Source: the human T2T-CHM13v2.0 reference genome, Homo sapiens
Direction: 5' to 3' (one strand)
Assembly: GCF_009914755.1 (NCBI RefSeq)
Contig: NC_060931.1
Length of the DNA: 64,000 bases
The translations under genes and the position numbers were made by a program. Each line of letters opens with the position of its first letter. The first letter of the stretch is position 1. The notes below the pieces were generated by a model that was not told the DNA's origin, searched no databases, and was given only the letters and a program-made list of their open reading frames with translations. Of the stretch, positions 1 to 13,350 are shown piece after piece.

Positions 1-275
<275 letters not shown>

Positions 276-1327
276 TGAGCCTGAAACTATTTGTAAAATA
301 CTTAATATAAGAGCTGTTCTATAAGATGTGTCTGGTAATTCCAATATCTGAAAATTTTAGAGTCTTTATCTGCTATTTATTTTGTTTTCCTCATGATGAC
401 TTTTTTCCTTTTGTGCTTATGTTTAACTGTGTACTCTCATGAAAATAGAATTTATTTCTACTAAAATTCTTTGAAGTCTAAAATGAAAGTTTCTTTTTCC
501 AGAGATAATTTGTTTCTGACTCCTGCCTGGAGAAGCTACTATCTGGGACTACCTTAAATCAAGTACAGTGCTACAGTTTCCCCAGATTATCTTGGTGATA
601 CAACCCCAGATGGCAGAACTATGCAAGGGTGGCCTAAGGTCACAATTTCTTAGGTATCTTCTCTCTCACACCCCCTCACATCATTTTCATCTGCTGGCTG
701 CTGCGCTCACAAGTCATTCCTCTCTGCTATGGACTGTGGCGACAGGCTTCTTTCTGGTTCACCATTACTCTGAAGATAGAGCGCTCTCAGGTCCCAATTT
801 AATGAGCAGAAGGTCTTCTATCAGACTTTTCACCTTGGGCAGGCCCTGGGCCTTAACTTCTATCTCCCTTGGCTGATAAAGACTTTAAAAATGAAGCCTG
901 AGATGATTATATCTAGTCTTAGCTTTTCTATCAATAATTTAGCGTGAGTCTGTGCTCATATCCCCTCCCTGAGGGCTGAATGATGGGAGCCACAAGCCAC
1001 AGTGGCCACTGGCAGAGAACCCATGTGCCCTAAGGAGAAGCCATCTTAGGAAGATCAGTGGTAGCAGAGGCTGTGCCATGGTGGCGGATGAAGAGGTTGG
1101 AGTGGACAAATATGTGAGATCCTGTATTAAATAGAAGAAACTAGTAGTCTGAGAAACTGTCAGAAATAGTTCACTGTAGGACACTTTGAGATGAGGGAAT
1201 TTTTGGAATTAATGTAAGTTTGTGTCATAATTATATTTACAATTCCAACTTGGTTTTCCCATGTCTGATAGGACCTTGGAAATCAGGACTCCATTTGTAT
1301 TTATAATATACTCCAGGTCAGTGCAAA

Positions 1328-1770
1328 TGAGGCATGAGAATAGGGTCTGGAGGCAGGGAACCTAAGGCCCTTTCATGGTAGCTGGACATTAGGGGCTTCT
1401 CCCTTTTCAACCTCTCATTTTTCTCTGTGGCAGTTGCAAAATGAAAGTACCACTGATTGGGCCCCTCCTGCAATCAATCAGACTAGTTATGGGCCTACTC
1501 TTCTTGTTCCACAACCAATCAGACTGGTCGCAGGCCACTACTTCATTTGCATAGAGTGAACCAATGGAAAACCTCTAAAGGGTATTTAAAGCCCCAAAAC
1601 TTCTGTAACCAAGGCTTTTGAGACACTTGCTCGAGCTCGCTCTTACACTGTGGAGTGTACTTTTGTTTAAAATAAATCTCTGCTTTTGCTGCCTTGCTTT
1701 GTTTGTGTGTTTTGTCCAATTCTTTGTTCAAAACATCAAGAACCTGGAAAACTACCCTTAACTGGTAACA
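1328..1770 (+). mobile_element. ERV1 solo LTR, MER51/MER61-like
   Basis: Begins TGAGGCATGAGAATAGGGTCTGGAGGCAGGGAACCTAAGGCC and ends GGTAACA; CCAAT boxes, TATTTAAA at 1583, AATAAA at 1671. Confidence 0.8.
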
Positions 1771-2234
1771 CTAACAGACACTAAATATGTATAATAAATA
1801 TATATTCTACATACTACCTTCTAGTAATTCATCTTTAAAATGTTACTTGTAATTGTTGTTGACTTTAGCAGTTTACTTCACCAACAGTCAATTTTTGTAT
1901 AAATACATTCTGCTTCATATCCTTATATGTTAATTTACTTCTTATCAATTCAATTCATGAGCTCTCATTTCAAACAAACTACAATGAAACATAAGAAACA
2001 GCTTATTAGTGTCAATCTGTTTTATTCCTTTTGTAGACATAGGAAAAGGAGGTTTTGCCAGTGGTTAAGCTAATACTTTATTTCTTAAAAATTTTCTTAT
2101 TTTTAAAGCAATATTTTATTGTCACTAGTTCTTTTATCTGTTTGGAGTACAGAAAAATGGTGATTAATGATCTAAGTACTAGTAGAGCAAAATAGTTGAT
2201 TTCTTATGTCCTTTAAGTTTTATCTAATTGCAGA

Positions 2235-2450
2235 GGGGCAGTTTGGTGTTGTGGATATGCACACAGACTCTGGTGCCAGACTGCCTGGGTTTGAATCCTG
2301 GCTCATTAACCTAAGATCTGGGTGACTTGGGGCAAATTACTTAACACATTTTTGCCAAATTTTACATCTGCAAAATGAATACAATAAGAGTCCTAACCTG
2401 TTAGGGTTGTTAGGATGAAATAAATAAATCAAATGTAAAGGATTAGGAAC
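2235..2450 (+). mobile_element. MIR SINE
   Basis: MIR core CTGGGTTTGAATCCTGGCTC...GGGCAAATTACTTAAC...ATCTGCAAAATG. Confidence 0.75.
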
Positions 2451-3258
2451 TTTATACATTATATATGTACCAGATACACTTTGCACATATAAGCTAATTT
2501 GTATACAGGATATAGATAGGTGTTGAAATTTTTTGAAAACTGATAATGGAGTCCTGGTCTACATGGGCACCCACTCCAAGTTCTTTTTTACTTGTCATTT
2601 ATCTTCCTCCTAAAGGGGCAAGAACAGTGAGGTAGAACAGGTAAATTATCACTGTGTCCATTTCTCTCCAGGGAGTGAGAGTGAGCTGTGATGAGAGGGG
2701 AACACGCTGAAGGTAGCTCTTTTCTAAAGAGTTCATGGTTCCGTCGGTTTCCTCAAAGCAGGTGAGTCTTCACCCAAAAACTCTCCAGTCAGCTGAGAGT
2801 TGGGAAGGCACTGCTCAATCTGAAGTACAAAGTGAGGATAGAACATTCAGACTAATCAATAGGGTAGGGATCTGCAAAATCGAAAGCAGGACGGTGTGGC
2901 CTAAAGAATGTCAACAAAATGACCATGAGTGATGTGGTGTGAGACCGAAAGGAGCCTTTTTATGTTGTGCCTGGGAGGGTTTTCAGGTGAGAGTGAAGCC
3001 TGGGTCTATAGGTGGAGCAGGTTTTTATTTCCTTTCTCCATGGATTGAGGTGTGTTTACATTGACATCTTAATGGATCCTTGTAATAACAGGCTCTCTCC
3101 TCATGCAAGGATAGAGTGAGTTCCCTTTTAAAAAAGTTTGGTCATAAGGCCATGTGAAAAATTTCTGGTTAACCAAAAGAGGACAGTTTATTGCTTTCCT
3201 CAGTTTATCCTACAGGAATTAAGCATATTTTAAACTATAGATTAAAAAATCTTTTTAG

Positions 3259-3586
<328 letters not shown>

Positions 3587-5440
3587 AATGCTTACTTCTT
3601 ATAACTCTATTTTAAGTCTCCATTTTTAGTATATTTTATAGCAATAAATGGTGACTGGGAAACATACTCTTCCTCTGCTGAGATTCTATGATAGCAGACT
3701 ATTCCTCACAGCAAGACATCGCTGGAACATTCTGAATAAGAAAATATATGCCTTATTTATACATATCTCTGGGGAAGGAAATTCCATAGACCCTTTTGAT
3801 GATTTTCTATTTTTAAAAATATAACTCATTTGGGAAATTCTCTTATATCTTGCTTAAGTCTCTCTGCTGAAGTTTAATCTCATTCCTGCTCATTCATTCC
3901 GCGGTAAAGATGGAGAGTAGCTGATATCATCCTCTTTATATACTTGAGAACCCTCATTTAAAAACCCCTTTGCTGAATAATCTCGTTTTGTCAAGGCCTT
4001 CATTATTGGTCACATTTTTAAATTCTTTGATCATTTTTACTGGCCTCCACATCTCTCTTAAATATCTGAATCTAAACAATTGAGCTCTTGTGGGTCTGAC
4101 CAGTGTAGTATTACACTGGATGTGTCACTCCACATTCCTAATGCTTAACTACTATTTATACATTCCAGTATCATACATGCTTTTTTAAGAACAGTAAAAG
4201 CATTTCAATGGAGGCGATACATTATCTCCCAGCATTTATTTGTGTCGCAGGTAAACTAAGGCCATTTGAAAACACTCTTCCTTACACACACATACACACA
4301 CACGCAGTGTATCTTTATGGTAAATTTTTTCTAATTAAACAAGTTCTTAACAGTTGTTAAAAAACAGTATTATGTTCCAGAGTGATTTGGGGTTAATTAC
4401 GACTTATTACACGTTGAAGGAGAAAAAACACAAGTTGCAAAAAGGATGAAAATGATGGATTTTTAGTAATTCGTTGAATAATACTTATTTTAAAAAGCCA
4501 ATGTGTCTGAAATAAATAAATGGCTCTTGAGTTGAATTGTTAGATTTCATCAGTGAGCTTCTTTTCATCTTTTCACTTGAAATGTGGCTTGTGTGCACAG
4601 TGTTTGTGTTTGAAGTCTGCATCTGTCATTAGTATAGTTAAATAAAATTGGGATAATTATGGTATGAAACTGAGACCAAAATTGACAAAGTAACTCAATG
4701 AAATCTAAGATTCCCTTGATTATTGTATTAGCCTTTCAGATAATTTCTTGAATTTATGATTCACTCTAAAGTGTACATGGCACAGATTTTCTTATTTTAA
4801 TGGAATGTTTTCATGATAGGTTTGTGATGTTGCTTCATTGAATGATAGAATTTTACTTGCTTCTTTCACTTGTGGCTTTGTGTCTTTAAGGAGCTTCTTC
4901 TACCACTTTTAAAAAAACCTTGCAATCAGAGAAGATTGATATTAAATCCTTCTTTCCATCTTTACTCCTTTTTTTGCTGATGAAATCTTTGTTTACTTTT
5001 CATTGGGAGGTTTAGATTGTGGCCAACCACTTATAGCATACTTATGGTTTATTTATGATTCAAAACAAAATAAGACCAGAAATTAGTGAAACCTAACACT
5101 TGAGAAGTTTCATATGTTTGGATGTGCTCAGCTTATTATTTTTTCCTATAACTAAGTTACAAATCCCTGAGATGTAACTTATGTGCAAGCACTGTATGGG
5201 ATTTCATGAATATTTAGTGTTTTGTTTCTATTTCTAAGTCTGTGAAGTTTCATAAATCAGCACTGTTTTTGCTTGGTTCCTACATAGCTGTGATTTTCAT
5301 GCTGTCTCTTCTGTACTATAAAGGCTGAGTTTCACCCAATTTTCATACAAAATTAATTCCTAGTAGGTAAAAGATAAACTATGTTGGTCCAGTGTTAAGG
5401 GTTATGATTTAAGTAAAACAGAAGGGAAACTACAAATCTA

Positions 5441-5599
<159 letters not shown>

Positions 5600-5664
5600 T
5601 TAACTTCAAATCCTCTATGTTGTTTATAGGCTAGTAAATAGTGAGATATTATGAAGCGATTTCA

Positions 5665-6015
<351 letters not shown>

Positions 6016-6217
6016 TTACTACATATTTCCTGTCTGAAAACTCCACTGGCAATGTGTCCTCAGATTTCATAACTGAAAACATAGGCCCTCAGCCATTTTA
6101 TTGGGGTGATATCTTTTCTAAACCAGTGACTGCCAGTGTGGCCAATCATCAATGTTTTGAAAATATTTATTTCCATTCCCAACCCCGGGAATTTTTTTTA
6201 CTCAGTAGCACTAGACC

Positions 6218-6379
6218 AGTGATTCTCAAACTTGGCTGTGTGTTAAAATCACCTGAGGAGCTTAAAAAAACCCTGATGCCTCAGCCCTGACCCCAGAGAT
6301 TCTGAGGTATGTGGTTCTGGGTCACCCTAACCCTAAGAGCTTTTCAGGTTAATGTCCAGCCATGTTTGAGAACTATTAC
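6218..6379. mobile_element. MER5A-like hAT-Charlie DNA transposon
   Basis: CAGTGATTCTCAAACTT...AATCACCTG...CCCCAGAGATTCTGA...TTTGAGAACTA termini. Confidence 0.7.
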
Positions 6380-6745
6380 TGATGTAGTTTGGCTCCATTT
6401 CCCCACTAAAACCTCACTCTAATTGTAATTCCCATGCATCGAGGAAGGGAAGTGATTGGATTATGGGGATGGTTTCCCCCATGCTATTCTCATGATAGTG
6501 AGTGAATTCTCATGAGATCTCACGGTTTTATAAGTGGTAGTTTATCCTGCATGCTCACACACACACACACTCTCTCTCTCTGTCTCTCGTTTGCCACCAT
6601 GTAAGATGTGCCTGTTTCCCCTTCTGCCATGATTATAAGTTTCCTGAGGCCTCCTCAGCCATGCAGAACTGTGAGTTAATTAAACCTCTTTTCTTTACAA
6701 ATTAACCAGTCTCAAGCAGTTCTTTATAGCTTCATGAATACAGTC
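6380..6745 (+). mobile_element. MaLR solo LTR (THE1D/MSTA-like)
   Basis: TGATGTAGTTTGGCT start; TTCTCATGAGATCT, GCCATGATTATAAGTTTCCTGAGGCCTCC and ATTAAACCTCTTTTC motifs. Confidence 0.85.
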
Positions 6746-7119
6746 TACTACAAATACTCTAAACTATACAATATTCAGAGTTTCCTGTAGTGAATATTGA
6801 TTTGGTTTACAATTTGACAATTTCATTACCATCTTCAAATATTTCTCTTTTTTTTTAACTTATAAAATGACACTGATGAACCCTGGGAGAAGCAGAGGCT
6901 GACACCTCCAAGCAAGTTCTGGCATAAGGAAATGTCTGAGCCTGTTTACCTTAGCAGGATAAATACATGACTTCTTTAAGAAGTATTACAGAAGCTTCTT
7001 CCCACTAGATGGTGAGCCTAAAGGCAGGGAGATTAGTGATGGTAGAGTCAATTTGATTTTGCTGTGCCCAGGACAACCAAGAGGTCTATTTTAGCTTGAG
7101 TTGGCTCTTCAACCTCTGG

Positions 7120-7550
7120 TAATAATAGCTAATTTTCTGAGTGCTTACTATAGACCAGACACATAAAATCCCACCACCATTTTACAGGAAAGGAAATGGC
7201 AAGCACACAGAGGTTAAGTAGTTTTCCCAGGGTCATATAGCTAGTGCACAGTAGAGGCAGGATTTGAACTCTGTCTGACTCCAGGGGCCTCATGGCTGCC
7301 TATGATGCCATTTTGACTGGCTAGCTAGACTATAATGTGGTATAATATATATAAATGAGGGGTATGGAAGCAGATTGAAGTTTGATCTTAAAAGCAATGT
7401 AAACATGTAAAACTTGCTTGACTTCTCTCAGCTGCAATGATCCAATCTGTAAAATGGGGTTAACAATAGTGCCTGCCTCATAAGGTTACTAAGAGGCTTT
7501 TAAATGGGTTATCTTGGTGGCTGGATTATAAAAGTACTCAGGAAATAACT
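7120..7550. mobile_element. Two MIR fragments (first on -, second on +)
   Basis: GAGGTTAAGTAGTTTTCCCAGGGTCATATAGCTAG and TCTGTAAAATGGGGTTAACAATAGTGCC. Confidence 0.65.
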
Positions 7551-9329
7551 TCGTTTTTATTTCAGTGAAATTCATGCATCTAAAAACATGGAAGTTTTGG
7601 TTTTGGAGGTTGTTGCCATTCTTCTGGTGGGTAGGATAGATAGTAAGTAGCTCCAGCCAGGATATGGAGATTAGTTAAGGCCTATTCTAGTCCTGAAATT
7701 CTCTGATTTTCATAAATTGTACCATTCATTCAGATACATTATCTTTACATGACAAAATTCCTCTATTCCCATCCTTATGGTTAATTATTTAATTTATGAA
7801 ATAAATCTTTTTGTTAATTTACCTAAGAAAAGCAAAGCTTTATTCTTATAAAATATACTACTACACTCCAGGTACTACGGTGAAGATTTTTGAGGAATTA
7901 AGATGGTAACTCACTTAGAAGTTCCCCATGCCATGGTGCCACATAAAATTACTGAAATGGGAGTCAGAATATTTGGATTCTAATCTCCATGCCTTCCTTC
8001 TTTAAGTACTGGGTAATTTCAGGCATGTCACCAACCCTCTTATGTCTTTGGTTGTCTTATATGTAAAATTTAGAAGCTATATTATGTGATAGCAACGATT
8101 TCTTCTCACTCTAATATTGTGTGATTCTGGATATTACAAAATAGCAACAAGGATATATTTATATATGTAAACTGTGCATATACTGGGAACTGCAGTTCTC
8201 ACCCACCAGTCTATCTTTTTAGTTCCAACAATTTCTTCCTTATTATGGGCTCATCTGTCAAAATGAAGTAGGATTCTGTGATTTCTAACTTTTTATGATT
8301 CTATTAATCTTTCAGTTTTTGTTAACAGCCATTTGCCAAAATGCAACAGCGCCCATGCCTAGAGATCCCCTGGCTACTCCCTAAGATCTTCTGGAAATTC
8401 ATTTATCTTCTATCATCTAGTTTCTTTATTACCTGAGTGTAGTGTTTCTCAAATATTGATTTCTGAATATACATTTGATTATACAAATCATGGAAATGTT
8501 TTCCAAATTCACCAGAAAAGTTGAATTAATGGATAGAAGATTTCTCCCATAAAATATTTTTAAAACCTCTGACACTTGACACCATTTGTTTGCATTAGAA
8601 CAAAATATGATAGTGTGTTCCATGCAGTGCAAAATTGTTTATAATTTCATACAAAATATATCTGCCTTAGCACCTATATTCTCTAGAAAACAGAACCAAA
8701 GGCAAGGCTTACATGGTAATGTTTTGTTGAAATGTTCGATCACACAGCAGCTAAAGTGACAGAAAAGAAAATCGAGACAGAAAAAGATGGGAAGCAAATA
8801 CAAGGTGGTGCTTTACCATTCTGACCACAGCTTCTAACAAGCCCAGAAGAGACATGGCTACTCCTTGGCAGGTGCATCTGCCCAGCCTTGCATGAAGTCT
8901 TCAGATGAGTTGTATAAAAAATTAACCCCAGAACCGTCCATCAAACAGAAAAAAAAAACAAAAAAAAAAACAAGGGACTTTATCTACTGACTCTCCCACT
9001 GGTCAAAATGCACTCTACAGGAGTGATGCAAGTCAGTTTCAGAAGATGCAACTTGCAGAAGGAGAAATCAAGCAGGCTCTCACAGACTCAGTCACAGTGA
9101 CGTTTAAGTTACAGGAAACAGGTGAGGCCAAGGGAATATATGAGACAGTGCATACCATCGTATTTATCTGACACAATGTCTATGTTCCATGGTGTGTCAC
9201 AAAGACCCCAGGATTTCCAGGTGGTATACCTTTCCACAAATTCTAGGCCTTATAGCGCACCAAACAGCAGCTGCAGGATGACAAGTTTATCAATAAGTGC
9301 TATTTCTCTAGCCACAATAAACTCTAGAA

Positions 9330-9840
9330 CAGTGCTTCTCAAATGTGAACATGGAGGGGAATCACCTAGGAGAATCCTATTAAAAATGCAAAGTTTGATT
9401 CAGTAATAGGGGGGCAATTCAAAGTGTGTTCTACAGCCAGCAGCCTCAGCATCACTTGAGAGCTTATTAGAAATGCAGTAGCAGGCCAGGCGCAGTGGCT
9501 TACTCCTGAAATCCTAGCACTTTGGGAGGCCGAGGCAGGTGGATCACTTGAGGTCAGGAGTTTGAGACCAGCCTGGCCAACATTGTGAAACCTCGTTTCT
9601 ACTAAAAATACAAAAATTAGCTGGGCGTGGTGGCAGGTGCCAGTAATCCCAGCTACTAGGGAGGCTGAGGTGGGAGAATCGCTTGAACCCAGGAGGTGGA
9701 GGTTACAGTGAGCCAAGAACATGCCAAAAAGAAATGCAGCAGCTTATTAGAAATACCTCTCCCCTGAATTACTGAAATAGAATTTTTGTTTTAAAAAGGT
9801 CCCCAGACAATTTGTACACTCTTAAGTTTTGAGAAGCATT
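9330..9840. mobile_element. MER5-family DNA transposon fragments interrupted by an Alu
   Basis: CAGTGCTTCTCAAA... and ...TTTTGAGAAGCATT termini; AGCATCACTTGAGAGCTTATTAGAAATGCAG core. Confidence 0.65.
9484..9730 (+). mobile_element. AluSx/Sz, 3'-truncated
   Basis: Alu stops at GAACATGCCA plus a short A run; TSD AGAAATGCAG(T/C)AGC. Confidence 0.9.
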
Positions 9841-10314
9841 TATCTGGTCTAATACAGAGCTTCTCAAACTAACTGTGGTGTAAAGACAGTTCTTTTTAAA
9901 ATTACCAATGCATTGTAATTGTATTACCAATACAAAAAAATGAATTACTAGAAAAAGAATGTTTTTAAGAAGGCATAAAAATGCAAATGCAAATTTTTTA
10001 CCATTTGATGCAAAAGACATAAAATTATTCTGTCAAACTGCTCTAAAATTCTTTGTCTCTAAATTTTTATTCTCAGTGAGCATCTATAATTGTCGTAGCG
10101 AAGAGTTCACAGAACTGTACTGGTCTGTGAACAATACTGAGTAGCACTGGTCTTGAAAGGCAAGTTTTGACTATTGTTTTTCTAAGTTTGAAATTCTTTA
10201 GCAAAAATAAGTATATTACAACACTTACAATGCAGCAATATTCTAGTACATACTCTTCATTTGCAGAAAATGTATTTCTTTATGATGTAACATAAGAATG
10301 AAATGTAAACTGTA

Positions 10315-11587
10315 ACTTTTGAACTTTATTTCCTTTGCTTCCCCCTCCCTTCATCTCTTCCCTCAACTTGGAGTATATCTTTAAATTGCAAGGCCTGGCT
10401 AGCTTCAGATAACTCCTACGTTCAGTGACTAGATCTTTCAGGTTCTTTCCATGGTTGAAATGTAAGTAGATATTAAGCCTCACCTGCATTTAACCTTAGT
10501 GGGAGTGAGTTGTTCAGATCCTTTCCTGAAAACAGCTTTTAATAAAAGGGAGAAGAGGAAAGCCTGGGGGGAGGGAGTGATTCAGCTGTGGAGAGGGGTA
10601 TCATAAAAGGGGGCCATGTCTGTCTGGGATACATGCCTGGTAATAGAGCACCAAAGATTTACTTGTGATTTTCATGTTAGAATTATTGCCCAAGTGGAAA
10701 ACAACCCAAACATTTGATGATGAAGGAAAGGTAAGATGATTGCACTGAAAATATATGAGGCTTTAAGGTATTTTTCAATTTTATTTACTGTAAGAAAAAA
10801 TAGAAATTACTGTTTATCAAAATAGTAGTTTTACTGGAAACTTCAGATAGCAAATTAGGTATATATTGGGTATACATAGTTTTACATATATATACACACA
10901 CACACACATATATATGTATATAGGTATATATTTATAGATGTATATTTATAGGCATACATATATATATAACTGTCTTTCAAAGATATATATATCTTTGAAA
11001 GGTAGTTGCTAGGCAAGTAGATTTTCCAGTCCCCATTGAAGGATTCATTTCATAATCAGCTTAAGCCTATATTTTTGAAACTGAAAACCTTACTCATCTG
11101 GCAGAGAAAAGGATCATAACTACTGAGAGAAAATACAAAGGTCTTTCAGAGCATCCAGCTCTTACTTCCAGACTTTCTCCTTCATGGGCTTTCCCCTATA
11201 CTTTAAAAAAAAACCTTGTTTATCTGCCTTGGGATTTTCTGAATTAATTCACAATCAGGTTAGCTATTAGAATGCAATATTTACTTTTATAAGATCAAAG
11301 TACAAACTTTATTTATGAGGACCCATGAGAGATCTTCTTCTCTTGACAATGTATTAGGAATACTGTGCTTCCCCTAAGCACTCATTCACTCATTTACTTT
11401 TTAACTTTTTCTTAGCACTGTCACTTTTGAACTTTATTCCCTTTGCTTCTCCCTCCCTTTGTCTCTTCCCTCAACTTGGAGTATATGTTTAAATTGCTAA
11501 CCCCTGCCGGCTAACCCCTACATTCAGTGACTATATCCTTCAGATTCTTTTCATGGTTGAAATGTAAGTAGATATTAAGCCTCATCT
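10315..11587 (+). repeat. Local direct duplication, ~170 bp (10315-10485 and 11423-11587)
   Basis: Both copies read ACTTTTGAACTTTATT...TCTCTTCCCTCAACTTGGAGTATAT...CATGGTTGAAATGTAAGTAGATATTAAGCCTCA. Confidence 0.9.
10880..11001. repeat. (TA)n/(CA)n low-complexity tract ending in a 28-bp palindrome
   Basis: Direct reading. Confidence 0.85.
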
Positions 11588-11931
11588 ACAAAAATTGGAC
11601 TATGAAGACTCATTAGATATAAGACTTGGATAATTTATTTCATCCATGGGCCTCACTTTCTCATTTCAAAGGTGGAGATAAAAATTTTACCCACTTTATA
11701 GGACTGTTCTGTAAATTAAGTGAGTTAATATATTTCAAGTGTTTAGAATAGTACTTGGAACATAATAATTAAAAATGTAAACCTTTACTTTTTTTTAATC
11801 ATGGAATTGGTGATTCTTGTAACTATTCAAGTTTTCCACTTTGTTTTTTCTCCTAGGAGCATTAGGATCATGTTTGCTTCTTCAAGTAGCTGTTCACTGT
11901 TCTTTTTTTCCTTATTCCAAATTTTTCATCA

Positions 11932-12241
11932 GTTTATTTATTTATTTATTTATTTATTTAGAGACAGGGTCTTGCTTTGTTGTCCAAGCTGTAGTGCAGT
12001 GGCGTGACCATGGCTCACTGCAGCCTTTACCTCCCAAGCTCAAGGGATCTTCCTACCTCAGCCTCCCGAGTAGCTAGGACTACAGGCACATGCTACCACT
12101 CTTGGCTGATTTTTACATTTTTGTAGAGACAGGGTCTTGCTATGTTGCCAGGGCTGGTCTCAAACTCCTGGGCTCAAGCAATCCTCCTGCCTTGGCCTCC
12201 TGAAGTACTGGGATTACAGGCGTGAGCCTCTGCGCCCAGCC
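11932..12241 (-). mobile_element. AluJ with (TTTA)n tail
   Basis: GAGACAGGGTCTTGCT...AACTCCTGGGCTCAAGCAATCCTCC. Confidence 0.9.
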
Positions 12242-13129
12242 CATCAGCTCATTCTTGATCCTGTTATTTTGCATGCATATCTGCTGGCAGCCTCAAACCT
12301 TTTTTTAGAATAAAGTGGTGTATCAATCAATCTATCGGTCTCTTAACAATGGGATTATGATCAGTTCCATGGGATCTGGAAAAAAAATTGGACTATGAAT
12401 TCACCTATGGACAAGAAATGTCTCAAGGATATTTTGAAACTGGTGGACTTAAGTCTGGTTTCCTGAACCAATCACTTGAAAGAGAGATTGGATTACTATA
12501 TGTATTGTGACTGGGCCAATCCTCAAAATTACATTGCTGGTACACAAGGGGCATGGCAGGATGGATGATGGAGAGTCAATATCAATTACAGTACAATATT
12601 CTAAATAGGAAATGATCGTACTCGTCTTTGTATTCCCAGTAGCTAGCACAGTTTCTGGTATATAACAATACTCAGTAAATGGCTAACGAATGAACAAATC
12701 ATTTTTGCCTGGGTGCCACATTTCCATTTGGCAACTTCACCAAACAAAGGAACCTGTTATAACTATAGGATTCCTCTAAATGAAACTTTCATTTTCTGGA
12801 AACAAGAAGTTCCTATGAAGTCAAACTCCAGAAGCTTTTTATGATTTATTCTCTGAGTAATTCACTTTACTCTGTACTCTAACATTATCAGATCACCTGA
12901 AGGTTCCTGAAGCCAACATGCTTCTTCACTCATATTTGTCTTTGAAAATGCTGATACCTCTATCCAGTAATATTTATTCCTTAAATCTGGACCTAGGTCT
13001 CTGCCTCTCCGTGGGGAGATTTCTTTGCTTCTGACTCCATTAGGCATAGCCAGGCATGCCAATGTTTATGACCCCACCATGCCCAGTATTTATTCTCTCC
13101 ACATTGTTTTTTTCATAATTTGATGAGCA

Positions 13130-13350
13130 GACAATATGTGAAGGAGAAAGAGCACAGGTTTTGCAATCAGACAAAACTGGGCTAGGTCCTTCGTTGACCA
13201 CGTTTTAGCTGGGTAACCAAGCCCTGTTACTTAACTTTGCCAAGAGTCAGGTTGCTTGTTTTGAAATGAGGATAGTAAAGTCTATCTCATGTAGGTGTTG
13301 TGAAGATTAAATTGGGTAGCATATGCAAAGGTCAAGCGCATAATTGATAT
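13130..13350 (+). mobile_element. MIR SINE
   Basis: TTACTTAACTTTG...GAAATGAGGATAGTA...GTTGTGAAGATTAAAT. Confidence 0.6.
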
